Assembly (NCBI GenBank): GCA_016930085.1 | Contig: JAFGHO010000057.1 | Location: forward strand, 3,233 to 67,232 | Source of the DNA: Spirochaetales bacterium | GTDB taxonomy: Bacteria; Spirochaetota; Spirochaetia; SZUA-6; JAFGRV01 | Direction of reading: 5' to 3' | DNA: 64,000 nt | Part shown: in pieces, positions 19,378-29,364 of the stretch | Numbering within the stretch: position 1 is the first letter of the stretch | Layout: each line of letters begins with the position of its first letter | The notes under the pieces: generated by a model | Told to the model about the DNA's origin: nothing | Database searches by the model: none | What the model saw: the letters and a program-made list of their open reading frames with translations, nothing else | Program-made: the position numbers and the translations under genes

Positions 19378-22300
19378 CTCCCTCCTGCTTCATCCTGCCT
19401 TCCAGAACCGCACGGACGGTCGTACTCATTTCTTCCATTGTTATCGGTTTGGACAGATATGCCTGGATTGTGATATTTTCGGTTTTTTGTCTGCTTGTGA
19501 TTTTACCGAATCCCGAAGTGAGAATGACCGGTATATCGGGCTTGATACGGCGCAATTCCCGTATCAGCATGGTACCGGTCACATTCGGCATTGTCTGGTC
19601 CGTAATAACGAGATCGATCGTGGTTTTATCTTTTTTGAACAGTGAAATCGCCTCCGAGCTGTCCGTTGTTGAAATGACCTGATAACCGAGTCTTTCCAGC
19701 ATCTGTTTCCCCATGATGACAATCTGTTCCTCGTCGTCGATAAAGAGAATGCGTTCCTTTCCTTTTTGAAAATTCGATTTTCTTTTTTCTTCAGGTTTGA
19801 TATCGATGTCGATTCTGGGAAAATACAGGGTAAAAGTAGACCCTTTCCCCGTTTTACTTTCGACGAAAATATCTCCTCCCGCGCTTTTTGTGATGCCGTG
19901 CACGACGGAAAGACCCAGACCCGTTCCTTTTCCCACCTCCCTTGTCGTAAAATATGGTTCGAAAATACGCTCCATCACGGCGGTATCCATGCCGTGGCCG
20001 GTATCGCCTACCGAAAGACAGATGTAACTTCCTTTCGAGAGAGGGGGGTTTTCCCGTGCAAATGCGCTTGTCACCTCGACCGGATTCAGTGTTATGGTAA
20101 GGGTGCCTCCATTTTCTTCCATCGACTGCTGCGCGTTGGTAGAGAGGTTTAAAAGAAGCCTGAATATCTGGGATTGATCGATGAGGATGGAACCGCAATT
20201 TGGATTAATAGTGGTGATGAGCCGGATATTCGGGGGAAGGAGGGAACGAAGGAGTGCGGTATAATTTTTGACATGCGAGACAATATTGACGGGTTTTGGA
20301 TTTCCCTCCGTTTTTCTGCTGAAGGTCAGAATCTGCTGTACGAGTTCTTTTGCCCTGATCGCCGAATCGTGAATATGAGAGAGATTGTCATAGAGTTCGG
20401 TATCTTCATCCAGATCGTCCAGGACCATATCGATATACCCCATGATGGGGGAAAGGATATTGTTGAAATCGTGAGCGATACCGCCTGCCAGCGTCCCGAT
20501 TGTTTCCATCTTTTGAAAATGACGAAGCCGTGCCTCGAAACGCTTCCGTTCTTCCTCATGTTTTTTCCATTCGGTGATATCACGGAAAATACCCCTGCTT
20601 CCCTGGTAATCGTGTTTCTCGTTATAGATGGCAACGAGCTTCAGTTCGCCGAAGATTGGCTTCCCACCGGCGGTGCACCAGACGGTTTCGGCGCTTATTT
20701 CACCTTTTGAGAAAAGATCGTGACAGGAGGCCTTAAAACCATCCAGGGCATCTTCCCCCACAACGGAATAGATATGCCTGCCGGTCAGTTGTTCGCGGTC
20801 GTACCCCAGGGTCCGCGCCATCGACGAGTTGACATAGGTTATTGTCTGGTGTTCATCCGTAATGAACATGAGATCGCTCGCGGTTTCTATGAATGTTCTG
20901 AACTTTTCCTCCGATTTCTGCAGGGCCTTGTCCGCCTCTTTCTCCGCAATCGCATGGGAAACAATCTTGACGCATTCATAGATACTGTCGACAACCTCAT
21001 CCGTCCAGGAGGGCTTTTTCCGGTTGTCCGAGCATATTTCGAATGAAAACATACCATCGATCCTGTTATTGACGATATTATAGAGAATAAGCATGTTTTC
21101 GATATTGAGTGATGTTTTGAAAAACGAAACATAGGGCTTTATCAGTTTTTTGGCTTTTTTGGGAAAAATGGAAAGGATATTATCGTCGTTTAGTATCAGG
21201 TGTGCTTCCGGGGATTTCCTGATCAATGGGATGATCGTCTTGATCAAGACGGATGGCGTGATAGTGCCGAGGGAGGGTTTGACTCCGAGGGCGTTCCATT
21301 CGATCACGCATTCGAGATCGCTTTCCTCCGGATTTTTCCCGATGAGACGGTTATAACACGCCCTGCTCAGTCCGATGGTGGGGCCGAGTCTGTTCAAAAA
21401 CTCCTGAATAAGCGTATCCCCGTCCATCTGCTTGTCCGTCGCGAGTCTCCAGATATCGGTACGGAATTTATTGGTGATAATCTGTCGGATCAGTTTTTGT
21501 TGATGCAGCTGGTTTTCCAAAGAGATGGAAACGAGATTGACGATGCTTTTGATAAGGGGCAGTTCATCCGTGGAGTATGAATTGCCGTATTTTTTTGCGA
21601 ATAAGAAAATACCGATTTTCTTGTTATACGAATCGAGAAGGGGACCGGCGAGAATGTCTCCCGCCTTTTTCCTGGCAATGATTTTCGAGACCGGAGCGAA
21701 AAGTTTTTTGAGTGTCTTGTCGCTTTCGATGAAATGATCGAATAATTCATCGATTGTCACATGGGTAATCGAGGCGAGTGAATCCAGATAACGCCGTGCC
21801 TTCCCGTTTTTTTTGAGATCTATGGTGATCTGCCGTACAATACCGAAAAAAACATCGGGCATTTCTACCGCGATGCCTTTCGTATATGCCTTATGGGTAA
21901 GCTGATCGATCGTGATGATGATGACGGCCCCCAGATCCAGTTCCTCCCGAATCACCCGTGAAGCCTCGTCAAAATCACCGGACGAGCCGAGGATGACCGA
22001 CACACTGTAGGCCGTCTGAAGATACGACTTTTCCTTGATCAGGTCGATTTCCGTTTTCAGCCGCTGCTTCTGCTCGTAACAAAGCTGGAGTGCGTCTGAT
22101 ATAATCGTCGCGAGATTGTTCGCAGACGGCAGGAAATATTCGGCGAGTTCGGGTCCCGACATACCGAATACCCCGATACTTTTTTCTTCACGGATGAGCG
22201 GGGCGAGGATGATTTTCTGGTTGTCGCATTTGATGATTCGTGAAATTGTTTTAGCAATTTTTTGGGGGACAAACTCTTTTATAATATCGATGGCGGTGAC

Positions 22301-22714
22301 CAAAACCGTTTTTTTACCTTCCACGACCCCCCTGAGGATCGGCGATTTTATCGGATCGATGATGAAGTCATCGATCCCGGCACCCGATACTGCTTCCACA
22401 TCGGCAAGTGTCTTTCGATCGAGGGTAATCGTTTCGATCGTGAGTGTCTTTCTGTCGTTGGAATGGAGAAAAATAACGGCGGAATATTTTTTGATCGTTT
22501 TAAACTCATCGATAACGGTTTTCAGAATGGTCTTTTCGTCAAGGAGTCCGATTATCTTTGTCGCGACATTCCCCGAAAAGGTTATAATCCGGATGAGTTC
22601 CAGATAATTTTTTTCGTCATCGGCAAGCAGTTGTTCTCTCAATTGTTGCCGTTCTTCACTCGAGAGGTTATCGATATGTATCCTGTTTGTCCTGTTATCC
22701 TTTTTTTTATCCAT
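19361..22714 (-). CDS. hybrid sensor histidine kinase (GAF/PAS-rich N-terminus, HisKA-HATPase-REC)
   Basis: 1117 aa. Long cytoplasmic sensory region, then H-box LAGGIAHDFNNILSPIMGY, HATPase DTGHGMD / GTGLGLSVVHG and receiver ILFIDDEEQ...LVITDQTMPNVTG. Confidence 0.9.
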   Translation of the reverse strand: MDKKKDNRTNRIHIDNLSSEERQQLREQLLADDEKNYLELIRIITFSGNVATKIIGLLDEKTILKTVIDEFKTIKKYSAVIFLHSNDRKTLTIETITLDRKTLADVEAVSGAGIDDFIIDPIKSPILRGVVEGKKTVLVTAIDIIKEFVPQKIAKTISRIIKCDNQKIILAPLIREEKSIGVFGMSGPELAEYFLPSANNLATIISDALQLCYEQKQRLKTEIDLIKEKSYLQTAYSVSVILGSSGDFDEASRVIREELDLGAVIIITIDQLTHKAYTKGIAVEMPDVFFGIVRQITIDLKKNGKARRYLDSLASITHVTIDELFDHFIESDKTLKKLFAPVSKIIARKKAGDILAGPLLDSYNKKIGIFLFAKKYGNSYSTDELPLIKSIVNLVSISLENQLHQQKLIRQIITNKFRTDIWRLATDKQMDGDTLIQEFLNRLGPTIGLSRACYNRLIGKNPEESDLECVIEWNALGVKPSLGTITPSVLIKTIIPLIRKSPEAHLILNDDNILSIFPKKAKKLIKPYVSFFKTSLNIENMLILYNIVNNRIDGMFSFEICSDNRKKPSWTDEVVDSIYECVKIVSHAIAEKEADKALQKSEEKFRTFIETASDLMFITDEHQTITYVNSSMARTLGYDREQLTGRHIYSVVGEDALDGFKASCHDLFSKGEISAETVWCTAGGKPIFGELKLVAIYNEKHDYQGSRGIFRDITEWKKHEEERKRFEARLRHFQKMETIGTLAGGIAHDFNNILSPIMGYIDMVLDDLDEDTELYDNLSHIHDSAIRAKELVQQILTFSRKTEGNPKPVNIVSHVKNYTALLRSLLPPNIRLITTINPNCGSILIDQSQIFRLLLNLSTNAQQSMEENGGTLTITLNPVEVTSAFARENPPLSKGSYICLSVGDTGHGMDTAVMERIFEPYFTTREVGKGTGLGLSVVHGITKSAGGDIFVESKTGKGSTFTLYFPRIDIDIKPEEKRKSNFQKGKERILFIDDEEQIVIMGKQMLERLGYQVISTTDSSEAISLFKKDKTTIDLVITDQTMPNVTGTMLIRELRRIKPDIPVILTSGFGKITSRQKTENITIQAYLSKPITMEEMSTTVRAVLEGRMKQEGDESGE

Positions 22715-22798
22715 AGCTTCCGCCGATTAAAAGGTAATCGTAAAAAATAAACAATGCAACACCGGGTATGTAATCACAAAAGGCGATACGCCCCCCGG

Positions 22799-25408
22799 TC
22801 ATTTCTCTTTCATTTCAAGCGCGCGGCGTATCGCCTGGCTTATTTCACGAAAAGCGATAGGTTTCATCACATACTCCCGGATACCTATTTTCTTACTCTC
22901 TTCATCCGTGATCTGTTCGCTGAATCCGGTGATGAGAATGACCGGAAGGCCCGGCTTAATCCGCATACATTCGACCGCCAGCCTGGCGCCCGTCATTCCG
23001 GGCATTGTCTGGTCGGTGACGAGAAGATCGATCGAGGCGGCATTTGCCTTGAAATAGTCGAGCGCCTTTTCACTGTCGGTAAGCATGGTGACCTCGTATC
23101 CCAGCCGTTCGAGCATTTCTTTGCCCATAAGGGCGATCTGTTTTTCATCGTCGACAAAGAGGATCCGTTCGGTGCCGCGGGGAATATTCGGCTTTTTTTC
23201 CGTACCGACAAGGACCTCGCTGTCGATGCGGGGAAGATAAACGGTAAATGTCGTGCCGACCCCGACTTCACTCTCCACCAGGATCGCGCCCCCGTAGCTT
23301 GTGACGATCCCATGGACAACGGAAAGCCCCAGACCGCTCCCTTCTCCCACCTTTTTAGTGGTGAAGAAAGGATCGAAAATACGGTCCAATACCGCCCGTT
23401 CCATCCCGTGACCCGTGTCCTTTACCTTTATGCTAAGGTAGTCGCCGTGTTTCAATTCCGCAATCGAACGCGCTTTTTCGATACTGATTTTTTCGGGATT
23501 GAGATTAATTTCGAGCGTTCCACCCGCTTCGCGCATTGCGTGAAAGGCATTCGTGCAGAGATTCATGATTATCTGATAAAAATGTGTCGGATCGATCATG
23601 ACGGCCCCGCACCGTGGGCTGATATAGTGTTTTATACTGATTGTTTTCGGTATTGTCGCCCGGAGAAGTTTGAGAAGTTCCTTGATGAGCGGCTGTACCA
23701 TGACGGGGACCGCCTCGTGTTCGACCTGTCGCGAAAAAGTAAGGATCTGCTGGACCAGATCTTTGGCGCGGTTGGCCGCCTCCAGTACATATGTGAGGTT
23801 TGTCGAAACCGGATCGTCCTCCGGAATGTCTTCCAGGATCATTTCCGTAAATCCGATAATCGGTGCAAGGATATTGTTGAAATCATGGGCGATACCGCCG
23901 GCAAGGGTACCGATCATCTCGAGTCTGTGCGTCTGGCGCAACTGATTTTCGAGTTTTATCTTTTCTTCTTCGGCACGGCTGTGATCGGCGATTTCAAGTC
24001 TCAGGGTTTCATTTGTCTTCTGTAGTTCTTGCGTCCGTTCGGTGACGCGCCGGTCGAGTTCGTCATGCGCGTTTTGGAGTTCGATTTGTGCTTTCTTGTA
24101 GGAAGAGATATCCATTTTGATAATCACGTAATTGGTCACCTTGCCGTTCGGGTCCCGGATGGGTGTCATTGTTACCGATTCCCAGTAGGTGTCCCCGTTT
24201 TTTCTTGAACTCACCACCTCCCCCTGGAAACGTTCGCCGGTCGTGATGATCGACCGGTAATCGGGCTGTTTCCCGTCCTTTTTACCGTTACCCGAAAATT
24301 GACTTATATGTTTTCCGATGATTTCTCCGGGTGTGTAGTTGGTGAGGTGAATGAAAAAGGGGTTCACATATTCGATATTTCCGTTCGAATCGGTGATAAT
24401 GATTGAAAGGGGGCTGTGATCGACCGCTTCATAGAGTTTCCTGAGAAGCGATTCGGATTTCCGGCGCGTGGTGATGTCGTGAATGATACCGATCGTTCCG
24501 AGAAATCTGTTATCCTCCGGTTTATAGTGGCCCTGTGCGTTAATTTCTCCAAACGATATAACCGAACCGATAATCACCATGGAATCCGCCGTTTGTTTGG
24601 ACCATGTTTTTGGTATCAGCCGTACCTCAAGTCCGGTTGTCTTCCGCTCCCCCCTCCTCCGTTCATCGAAAAATTTCGGCGGTCCTTGAAGCGGGTCATT
24701 GAGCGTATAGTTATTCATTTCCGCCTCTTTTCTTGAAACTTTATGATAATCCTCCGGGTGAAGTATTTTTCTGAAATGTTTTCCGATAAGTTCGTTCTGG
24801 GTATAACCGAGCATTTTTACAGCACTGTTAATGTAGGTGAAAAAACCGTTCGGATCGATTTTATAAATGATATCGGGGATATTTTCCATTATATCTCTGT
24901 AAAGCAATTCATCGACTCTGCTTTTTACCACATACCCCTTCAGTATCTTTGTCCGGATGATCTTGATCACCTTGATGAGCAGTGTTTTACAGTATATATT
25001 CCGATCGTCCTTGATGACATAATCTTCGGCGCCGGATTCCAGGGCTTTGACAAGGTCGCTTGACCGTTCGATTGATCCCGTAATGACAAGGGGTGTTTTC
25101 CCGATGAAGGGCGAGAGATCTAAAATTGTCGTATTGTCGAGATTATAATTTCCGATAACGATATCAAAGGAATCGCTGTCGAGCCTTTTTTTTGCTTCCT
25201 GAAAAGAAAATACGGGAAAACACGTTATCTGGTGACCGGATTCCTTTACAAGCCGTATAAAATATGAGCTGTGTGTATGATCGGGATCGATAAAGAGAAT
25301 CCTTATCAATCTTTCTTTTTTTTCCACACTTAAAATTATTGTTGAATTTGAAAAAAATTCAAGCAACATTACATTCCACCGGACGGAAGCGGCGATACAT
25401 ATCCTCAT
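22799..25408 (-). CDS. hybrid sensor histidine kinase with N-terminal pseudo-receiver (REC*-PAS-PAS-HisKA-HATPase-REC)
   Basis: The N-terminal receiver-like domain has Asn in place of the phospho-acceptor Asp (DIVIGNYNL). Two PAS units and a coiled coil follow. H-box LAGGIAHDFNNILAPIIGF, HATPase DTGHGME / GSGLGLSVVHG, C-terminal receiver ILFVDDEKQ...LVTDQTMPGMTG. Confidence 0.9.
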   Translation of the reverse strand: MRICIAASVRWNVMLLEFFSNSTIILSVEKKERLIRILFIDPDHTHSSYFIRLVKESGHQITCFPVFSFQEAKKRLDSDSFDIVIGNYNLDNTTILDLSPFIGKTPLVITGSIERSSDLVKALESGAEDYVIKDDRNIYCKTLLIKVIKIIRTKILKGYVVKSRVDELLYRDIMENIPDIIYKIDPNGFFTYINSAVKMLGYTQNELIGKHFRKILHPEDYHKVSRKEAEMNNYTLNDPLQGPPKFFDERRRGERKTTGLEVRLIPKTWSKQTADSMVIIGSVISFGEINAQGHYKPEDNRFLGTIGIIHDITTRRKSESLLRKLYEAVDHSPLSIIITDSNGNIEYVNPFFIHLTNYTPGEIIGKHISQFSGNGKKDGKQPDYRSIITTGERFQGEVVSSRKNGDTYWESVTMTPIRDPNGKVTNYVIIKMDISSYKKAQIELQNAHDELDRRVTERTQELQKTNETLRLEIADHSRAEEEKIKLENQLRQTHRLEMIGTLAGGIAHDFNNILAPIIGFTEMILEDIPEDDPVSTNLTYVLEAANRAKDLVQQILTFSRQVEHEAVPVMVQPLIKELLKLLRATIPKTISIKHYISPRCGAVMIDPTHFYQIIMNLCTNAFHAMREAGGTLEINLNPEKISIEKARSIAELKHGDYLSIKVKDTGHGMERAVLDRIFDPFFTTKKVGEGSGLGLSVVHGIVTSYGGAILVESEVGVGTTFTVYLPRIDSEVLVGTEKKPNIPRGTERILFVDDEKQIALMGKEMLERLGYEVTMLTDSEKALDYFKANAASIDLLVTDQTMPGMTGARLAVECMRIKPGLPVILITGFSEQITDEESKKIGIREYVMKPIAFREISQAIRRALEMKEK

Positions 25409-25568
25409 TCACTTGCGATGCGGGCCGAAGTGTTTTATACTCCACATTGACCGGTTTTCACTCTCGACATACGATAATTTTTTTATCCGAGAGGGACCCG
25501 GCAACGGAACAATCACCTGCCGAATCGGCTTGCAATGCCGGGCGACCACGCTGGAGAAAGGAGCGACG

Positions 25569-27164
25569 ATGATAAAACCGACAAACTCGTTCGTGGGACC
25601 TCTTTTGACCGATCTATACCAGATTACCATGGCGTATGCGTACTGGAAAAACGGTATTCATGACAAAGAGGCGGTCTTCGATCTTTTTTTCAGAAAAAAT
25701 CCCTTCCAGGGAGCGTTTACTGTTTTTGCCGGGTTAAGCGAAGTACTTCGATTTATCGCATCGTATTCGATAACTGATGAGGACGTTGCGTATATCGGTG
25801 AAAAACTACTTCCGGGCTGCGAAAAAGAGTTTCTCAGGTGGTTGAAAACAATCAACTGTTCGGATATCAAGGTTTATTCCGTCGAAGAAGGAACCGTCGT
25901 CTTCCCGAAAGAGCCTCTCCTTCGCATTGAAGGGCCGCTTGCTATCTGTCAGCTTCTTGAAACCACGCTTCTCACCCTTGTCAATTATGCTTCGCTTGTC
26001 GCAACAAACGCAGCCAGATTCCGGATCGCATCCGGTTTTGACAAACGGCTTTTAGAGTTCGGTTTGAGACGCGCCCAGGGGCCGGATGGCGGTATTTCGG
26101 CATCCAGGTACAGTTATTTGGGCGGTTTTGACGGAACAAGCAATGTGCTTGCGGGCAGACTGTTTGAACTCCCCGTCAAGGGAACGCACGCACATTCATT
26201 CGTCCAGGCATTTCACGGCATCGAGGATGTCGGCAAAAAGGGGGATGCCAAAAACAAGAAAAACCCCGCTGGTAATCTTTTGAAATCAGTCCTTGCCATC
26301 CGCGAACAGCTGGGATTCACGAACACAAATGAAGGCGAACTCGCCGCTTATATCGCATATGCGCAGGCATTCCCCGATAATTTTCTCGCGCTCGTCGATA
26401 CCTACGATACGCTGAAGTCCGGCGTCCCCAATTTTCTGTGTGTCGCCGTGGCATTGAGCCGTCTGGGTTACGAGCCGGTCGGCATCAGACTCGATTCCGG
26501 AGATCTTGCCTTTCTTTCGCGGGAAAGCAGGAAAATGTTTCGGGAAACCGCGGAACGGACAGGTGTGGATTTTTCCGGGCTTCTTATCGCAGCGAGCAAT
26601 GATATTAATGAGGAAATCCTGCTTTCACTCGAAAGGCAGGGTAACGAGATCGATATCTTTGGTGTCGGCACGCATCTTGTCACCTGTCAGGCCCAGCCTG
26701 CCCTGGGATGCGTCTATAAACTCGTCGAAATAGAAGGAAGCCCGAGGATTAAAATCTCGCAACAGATAATCAAGGTGACGATTCCGGGCAGAAAAGACGT
26801 CTATCGACTTATCGGGAAGGATTCGATACCGCTTGCCGATATTATGATCATGGTCGGTGAGGAGATACCTGAAAAAGGAGAAAAGATACTCTGTATCGAT
26901 CCTTTTGAGGAAAAGAAACGTGTCATCATTGTCCCGCACGAGGTCAGAAAGCTGACCGCGCGTGTGTGGGACGGAGAAGCGAAAATCAATCTGCCGCCGT
27001 TGTCCAAAAGCAGGGAGTATGTGCTTGCGCAGCTGAAAAAAATGAGGGAAGATTACGCGCGACCCGTCAATCCCACACAGTACAAGGTTTCGGTGACGCA
27101 GACGCTTTTCAGGTTCATTCACGAACTATGGGCTTCCGAAGCACCGATTCCCGTGATAGAATGA
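25569..27164 (+). CDS. pncB: nicotinate phosphoribosyltransferase (eukaryote-type NAPRT)
   Basis: N-terminal block LLTDLYQITMAYAYWKNG...FDLFFRKNPFQGAFTVFAGL is the NAPRT family signature. Length of about 530 aa fits. The ATG at 25569 was verified in frame. Confidence 0.85.
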   Translation: MIKPTNSFVGPLLTDLYQITMAYAYWKNGIHDKEAVFDLFFRKNPFQGAFTVFAGLSEVLRFIASYSITDEDVAYIGEKLLPGCEKEFLRWLKTINCSDIKVYSVEEGTVVFPKEPLLRIEGPLAICQLLETTLLTLVNYASLVATNAARFRIASGFDKRLLEFGLRRAQGPDGGISASRYSYLGGFDGTSNVLAGRLFELPVKGTHAHSFVQAFHGIEDVGKKGDAKNKKNPAGNLLKSVLAIREQLGFTNTNEGELAAYIAYAQAFPDNFLALVDTYDTLKSGVPNFLCVAVALSRLGYEPVGIRLDSGDLAFLSRESRKMFRETAERTGVDFSGLLIAASNDINEEILLSLERQGNEIDIFGVGTHLVTCQAQPALGCVYKLVEIEGSPRIKISQQIIKVTIPGRKDVYRLIGKDSIPLADIMIMVGEEIPEKGEKILCIDPFEEKKRVIIVPHEVRKLTARVWDGEAKINLPPLSKSREYVLAQLKKMREDYARPVNPTQYKVSVTQTLFRFIHELWASEAPIPVIE

Positions 27165-27180
27165 CACAAGGGGGCTCGAT

Positions 27181-29142
27181 ATGCGGCTTATAAAAATCGG
27201 TATTGCCACGATCAACACACGAGTCGGTGCGGTCGTTGACAATACGGAAAAAATAATTGGCGCGATGAAAGAAATGAAATCATCCTCGTGCGGCATCGGC
27301 TGTTTTCATGAACAGGTGATCGCCGGATATCCGTGCGAGGATTTTGTTCAGTGGAAGATGTTCGTCGATACGCAATGGAACAGCTTGAAGCGCATCGCCG
27401 TTGAAAGCAGGGTAAAAACGGGCGTTCCGACGGTTTTTATCGTCGGACTGACGGTGCGGCATCAAAGCAATCTCTATAATGCAGCCGCGGTTATATGCAA
27501 CGGTAAGATATGCGGCATTGTCCCAAAGGAGAAACTTCCCACCTATGGCGTCTTTTATGAATGGCGGACATTTTCCCGGGGGTGGGCCGGTATGAGCGGC
27601 ATGATAGAAGGTGAAGATATCCCGTTCGGCGATCTTGTGTTTCGCTTTCCCTTTGGTATGGTCGGCGTCGAGATCTGCGAGGACATCTGGTCGCCCGACG
27701 GGCCGATGAGGAGGCGGGCCTACAACGGCGCGGAGGTGATCGTAAACATATCGGCATCGCCGTTCAGGTTGGGAATAGTCGACACGAGACGCGAGATGAT
27801 ATCGACCAGGGCGGCGGACAACCAGGTCACCCTGGTCTATGTCAATCAGTACGGTGGAAACGATTCGCTCGTGTTCGACGGGGGCGGGTACGTCAACCAG
27901 AACGGTCTCATGATCGCCGAATTGCCGCGGTGGCGTGAAGGGATCGTCTGCGAGGATGTCGACCTGGAACGGACGGCAAGGCTGCGCTTCGAGAATACGA
28001 CATGGCGGACGGACTGTGAAGCCTTTTTAAAATACGGTGAACGGGTTTCGGTCGTCGAGGTACCGGAGGGACCGCAGCCCAATCACCCCGCCTGCATGTT
28101 CCGTATTCCCGAAAATAAAAGTTTTTTCATACCTGTCGAACGACCCGTCAAAAACGCCTTTGAATGTTATTGTGAAGACCTCATTGCCGCGTTGATATGC
28201 GGACTCGATTATTACGAGAAAACCGGCGTATTCAGGAAGATCGGGATATCACTTTCCGGCGGAAAGGATTCCACGTTGAGTCTCATGATATGTTATCTCT
28301 TTGCCAGAAAACGCTTTTCCGGACTCGATGAGGAGGAAATGAAGAAAAAGATACGGGAGTTTATCTGGTGTTTTTCAATGCCCGCGCAATACAATTCCGA
28401 AGAGACGAAGAATATATCCCGCCGTATTTGCAAAGAATTGGGGGTGACATTCAGGGAAATACCGATTCAGGCGGAGGTTGAACGGGAGATCGAAAAAGTC
28501 GGATCCATGCTCGGGCCGGATGAGGCGGTTACCGATATCACGAAAATGAACATACAGGCGCGCATACGGGGCGAACGGATGCTCAACTGGTCGAACTCTT
28601 CGGGGGGTATGTGGATTCAGACGGGGAATATGTCGGAGAAAGCCGTCGGGTATACGACAATAGGGGGGGATATGATGGGCGCCTATTCCCTGATCGCGAA
28701 CATACCCAAAACGGTGATTATCGCCCTGCTTGGTTACCTGTACGGGCGCTACCGTTTTCAGGGATTGAAGGACGTCCTCGAAACAAAGGCGTCGGCCGAA
28801 CTCGCCGACGCTCAGGAAGACGAAAAGGATCTCATGCCGTTCCCCGTTCTGGACAGTTGTATGTACCTGCTTGTCGAAGAGAAAAAGAGTCCGGCCGTTA
28901 TCTACCGTATCACAAGAACAATGTGGACGGACGACGAATTGAAAAAAATGGCACCGTGGTACAAACCGGGAATGCTTTCAACCTGGATAAAGAAGTTCGT
29001 GAGATTGTTTACCGGTTCCATCTTCAAATGGGTGCAGACCCCGCAGGCGGTTCATGTGGGTAAACTGGAGCTCGACAGGGAACGCGCGCTGCAGCTGCCC
29101 GTCGTACAGTCCCGCGAGTGGCTCGAAACCGAAGATTTTTGA
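27181..29142 (+). CDS. nadE: glutamine-dependent NAD+ synthetase (CN-hydrolase + NAD synthase domains)
   Basis: N-terminal nitrilase-like domain. C-terminal PP-loop ISLSGGKDSTLSL. 653 aa is typical of the fused glutamine-dependent form. Starts 17 nt after pncB. Confidence 0.9.
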   Translation: MRLIKIGIATINTRVGAVVDNTEKIIGAMKEMKSSSCGIGCFHEQVIAGYPCEDFVQWKMFVDTQWNSLKRIAVESRVKTGVPTVFIVGLTVRHQSNLYNAAAVICNGKICGIVPKEKLPTYGVFYEWRTFSRGWAGMSGMIEGEDIPFGDLVFRFPFGMVGVEICEDIWSPDGPMRRRAYNGAEVIVNISASPFRLGIVDTRREMISTRAADNQVTLVYVNQYGGNDSLVFDGGGYVNQNGLMIAELPRWREGIVCEDVDLERTARLRFENTTWRTDCEAFLKYGERVSVVEVPEGPQPNHPACMFRIPENKSFFIPVERPVKNAFECYCEDLIAALICGLDYYEKTGVFRKIGISLSGGKDSTLSLMICYLFARKRFSGLDEEEMKKKIREFIWCFSMPAQYNSEETKNISRRICKELGVTFREIPIQAEVEREIEKVGSMLGPDEAVTDITKMNIQARIRGERMLNWSNSSGGMWIQTGNMSEKAVGYTTIGGDMMGAYSLIANIPKTVIIALLGYLYGRYRFQGLKDVLETKASAELADAQEDEKDLMPFPVLDSCMYLLVEEKKSPAVIYRITRTMWTDDELKKMAPWYKPGMLSTWIKKFVRLFTGSIFKWVQTPQAVHVGKLELDRERALQLPVVQSREWLETEDF

Positions 29143-29364
29143 TATCGATGGCCGTTTTTATGGAAGTGAACGGTATTCCCTCATAAGTCGAATTACACGT
29201 GTTATTCGCGGCAGACACACAATAAAGATCAAAAATATCAGGTTTTTGAAGTACCTTGATAAAATATTTAAATTCAATATAATAGAAAGAAATGTATCAA
29301 TATGCCTTATGGGCCTGTTGGTGTCGATGTATAACGTGACAAAAACTAAAAAAGGGGCAATCCG

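Noticed and set aside
22754-24025. 423-aa plus-strand ORF overlapping the fourth hybrid kinase
   Set aside because: It is antisense to a kinase with clear PAS/HisKA/HATPase motifs. Its low-complexity composition is typical of reverse-frame artefacts.
25409-25568. Possible NAD-responsive riboswitch in the pncB 5' leader
   Set aside because: The leader is GC-rich, but I cannot match it to the nadA or pnuC motif consensus from memory. The region is also the divergent promoter of the kinase gene. This is too speculative without an Infernal search.
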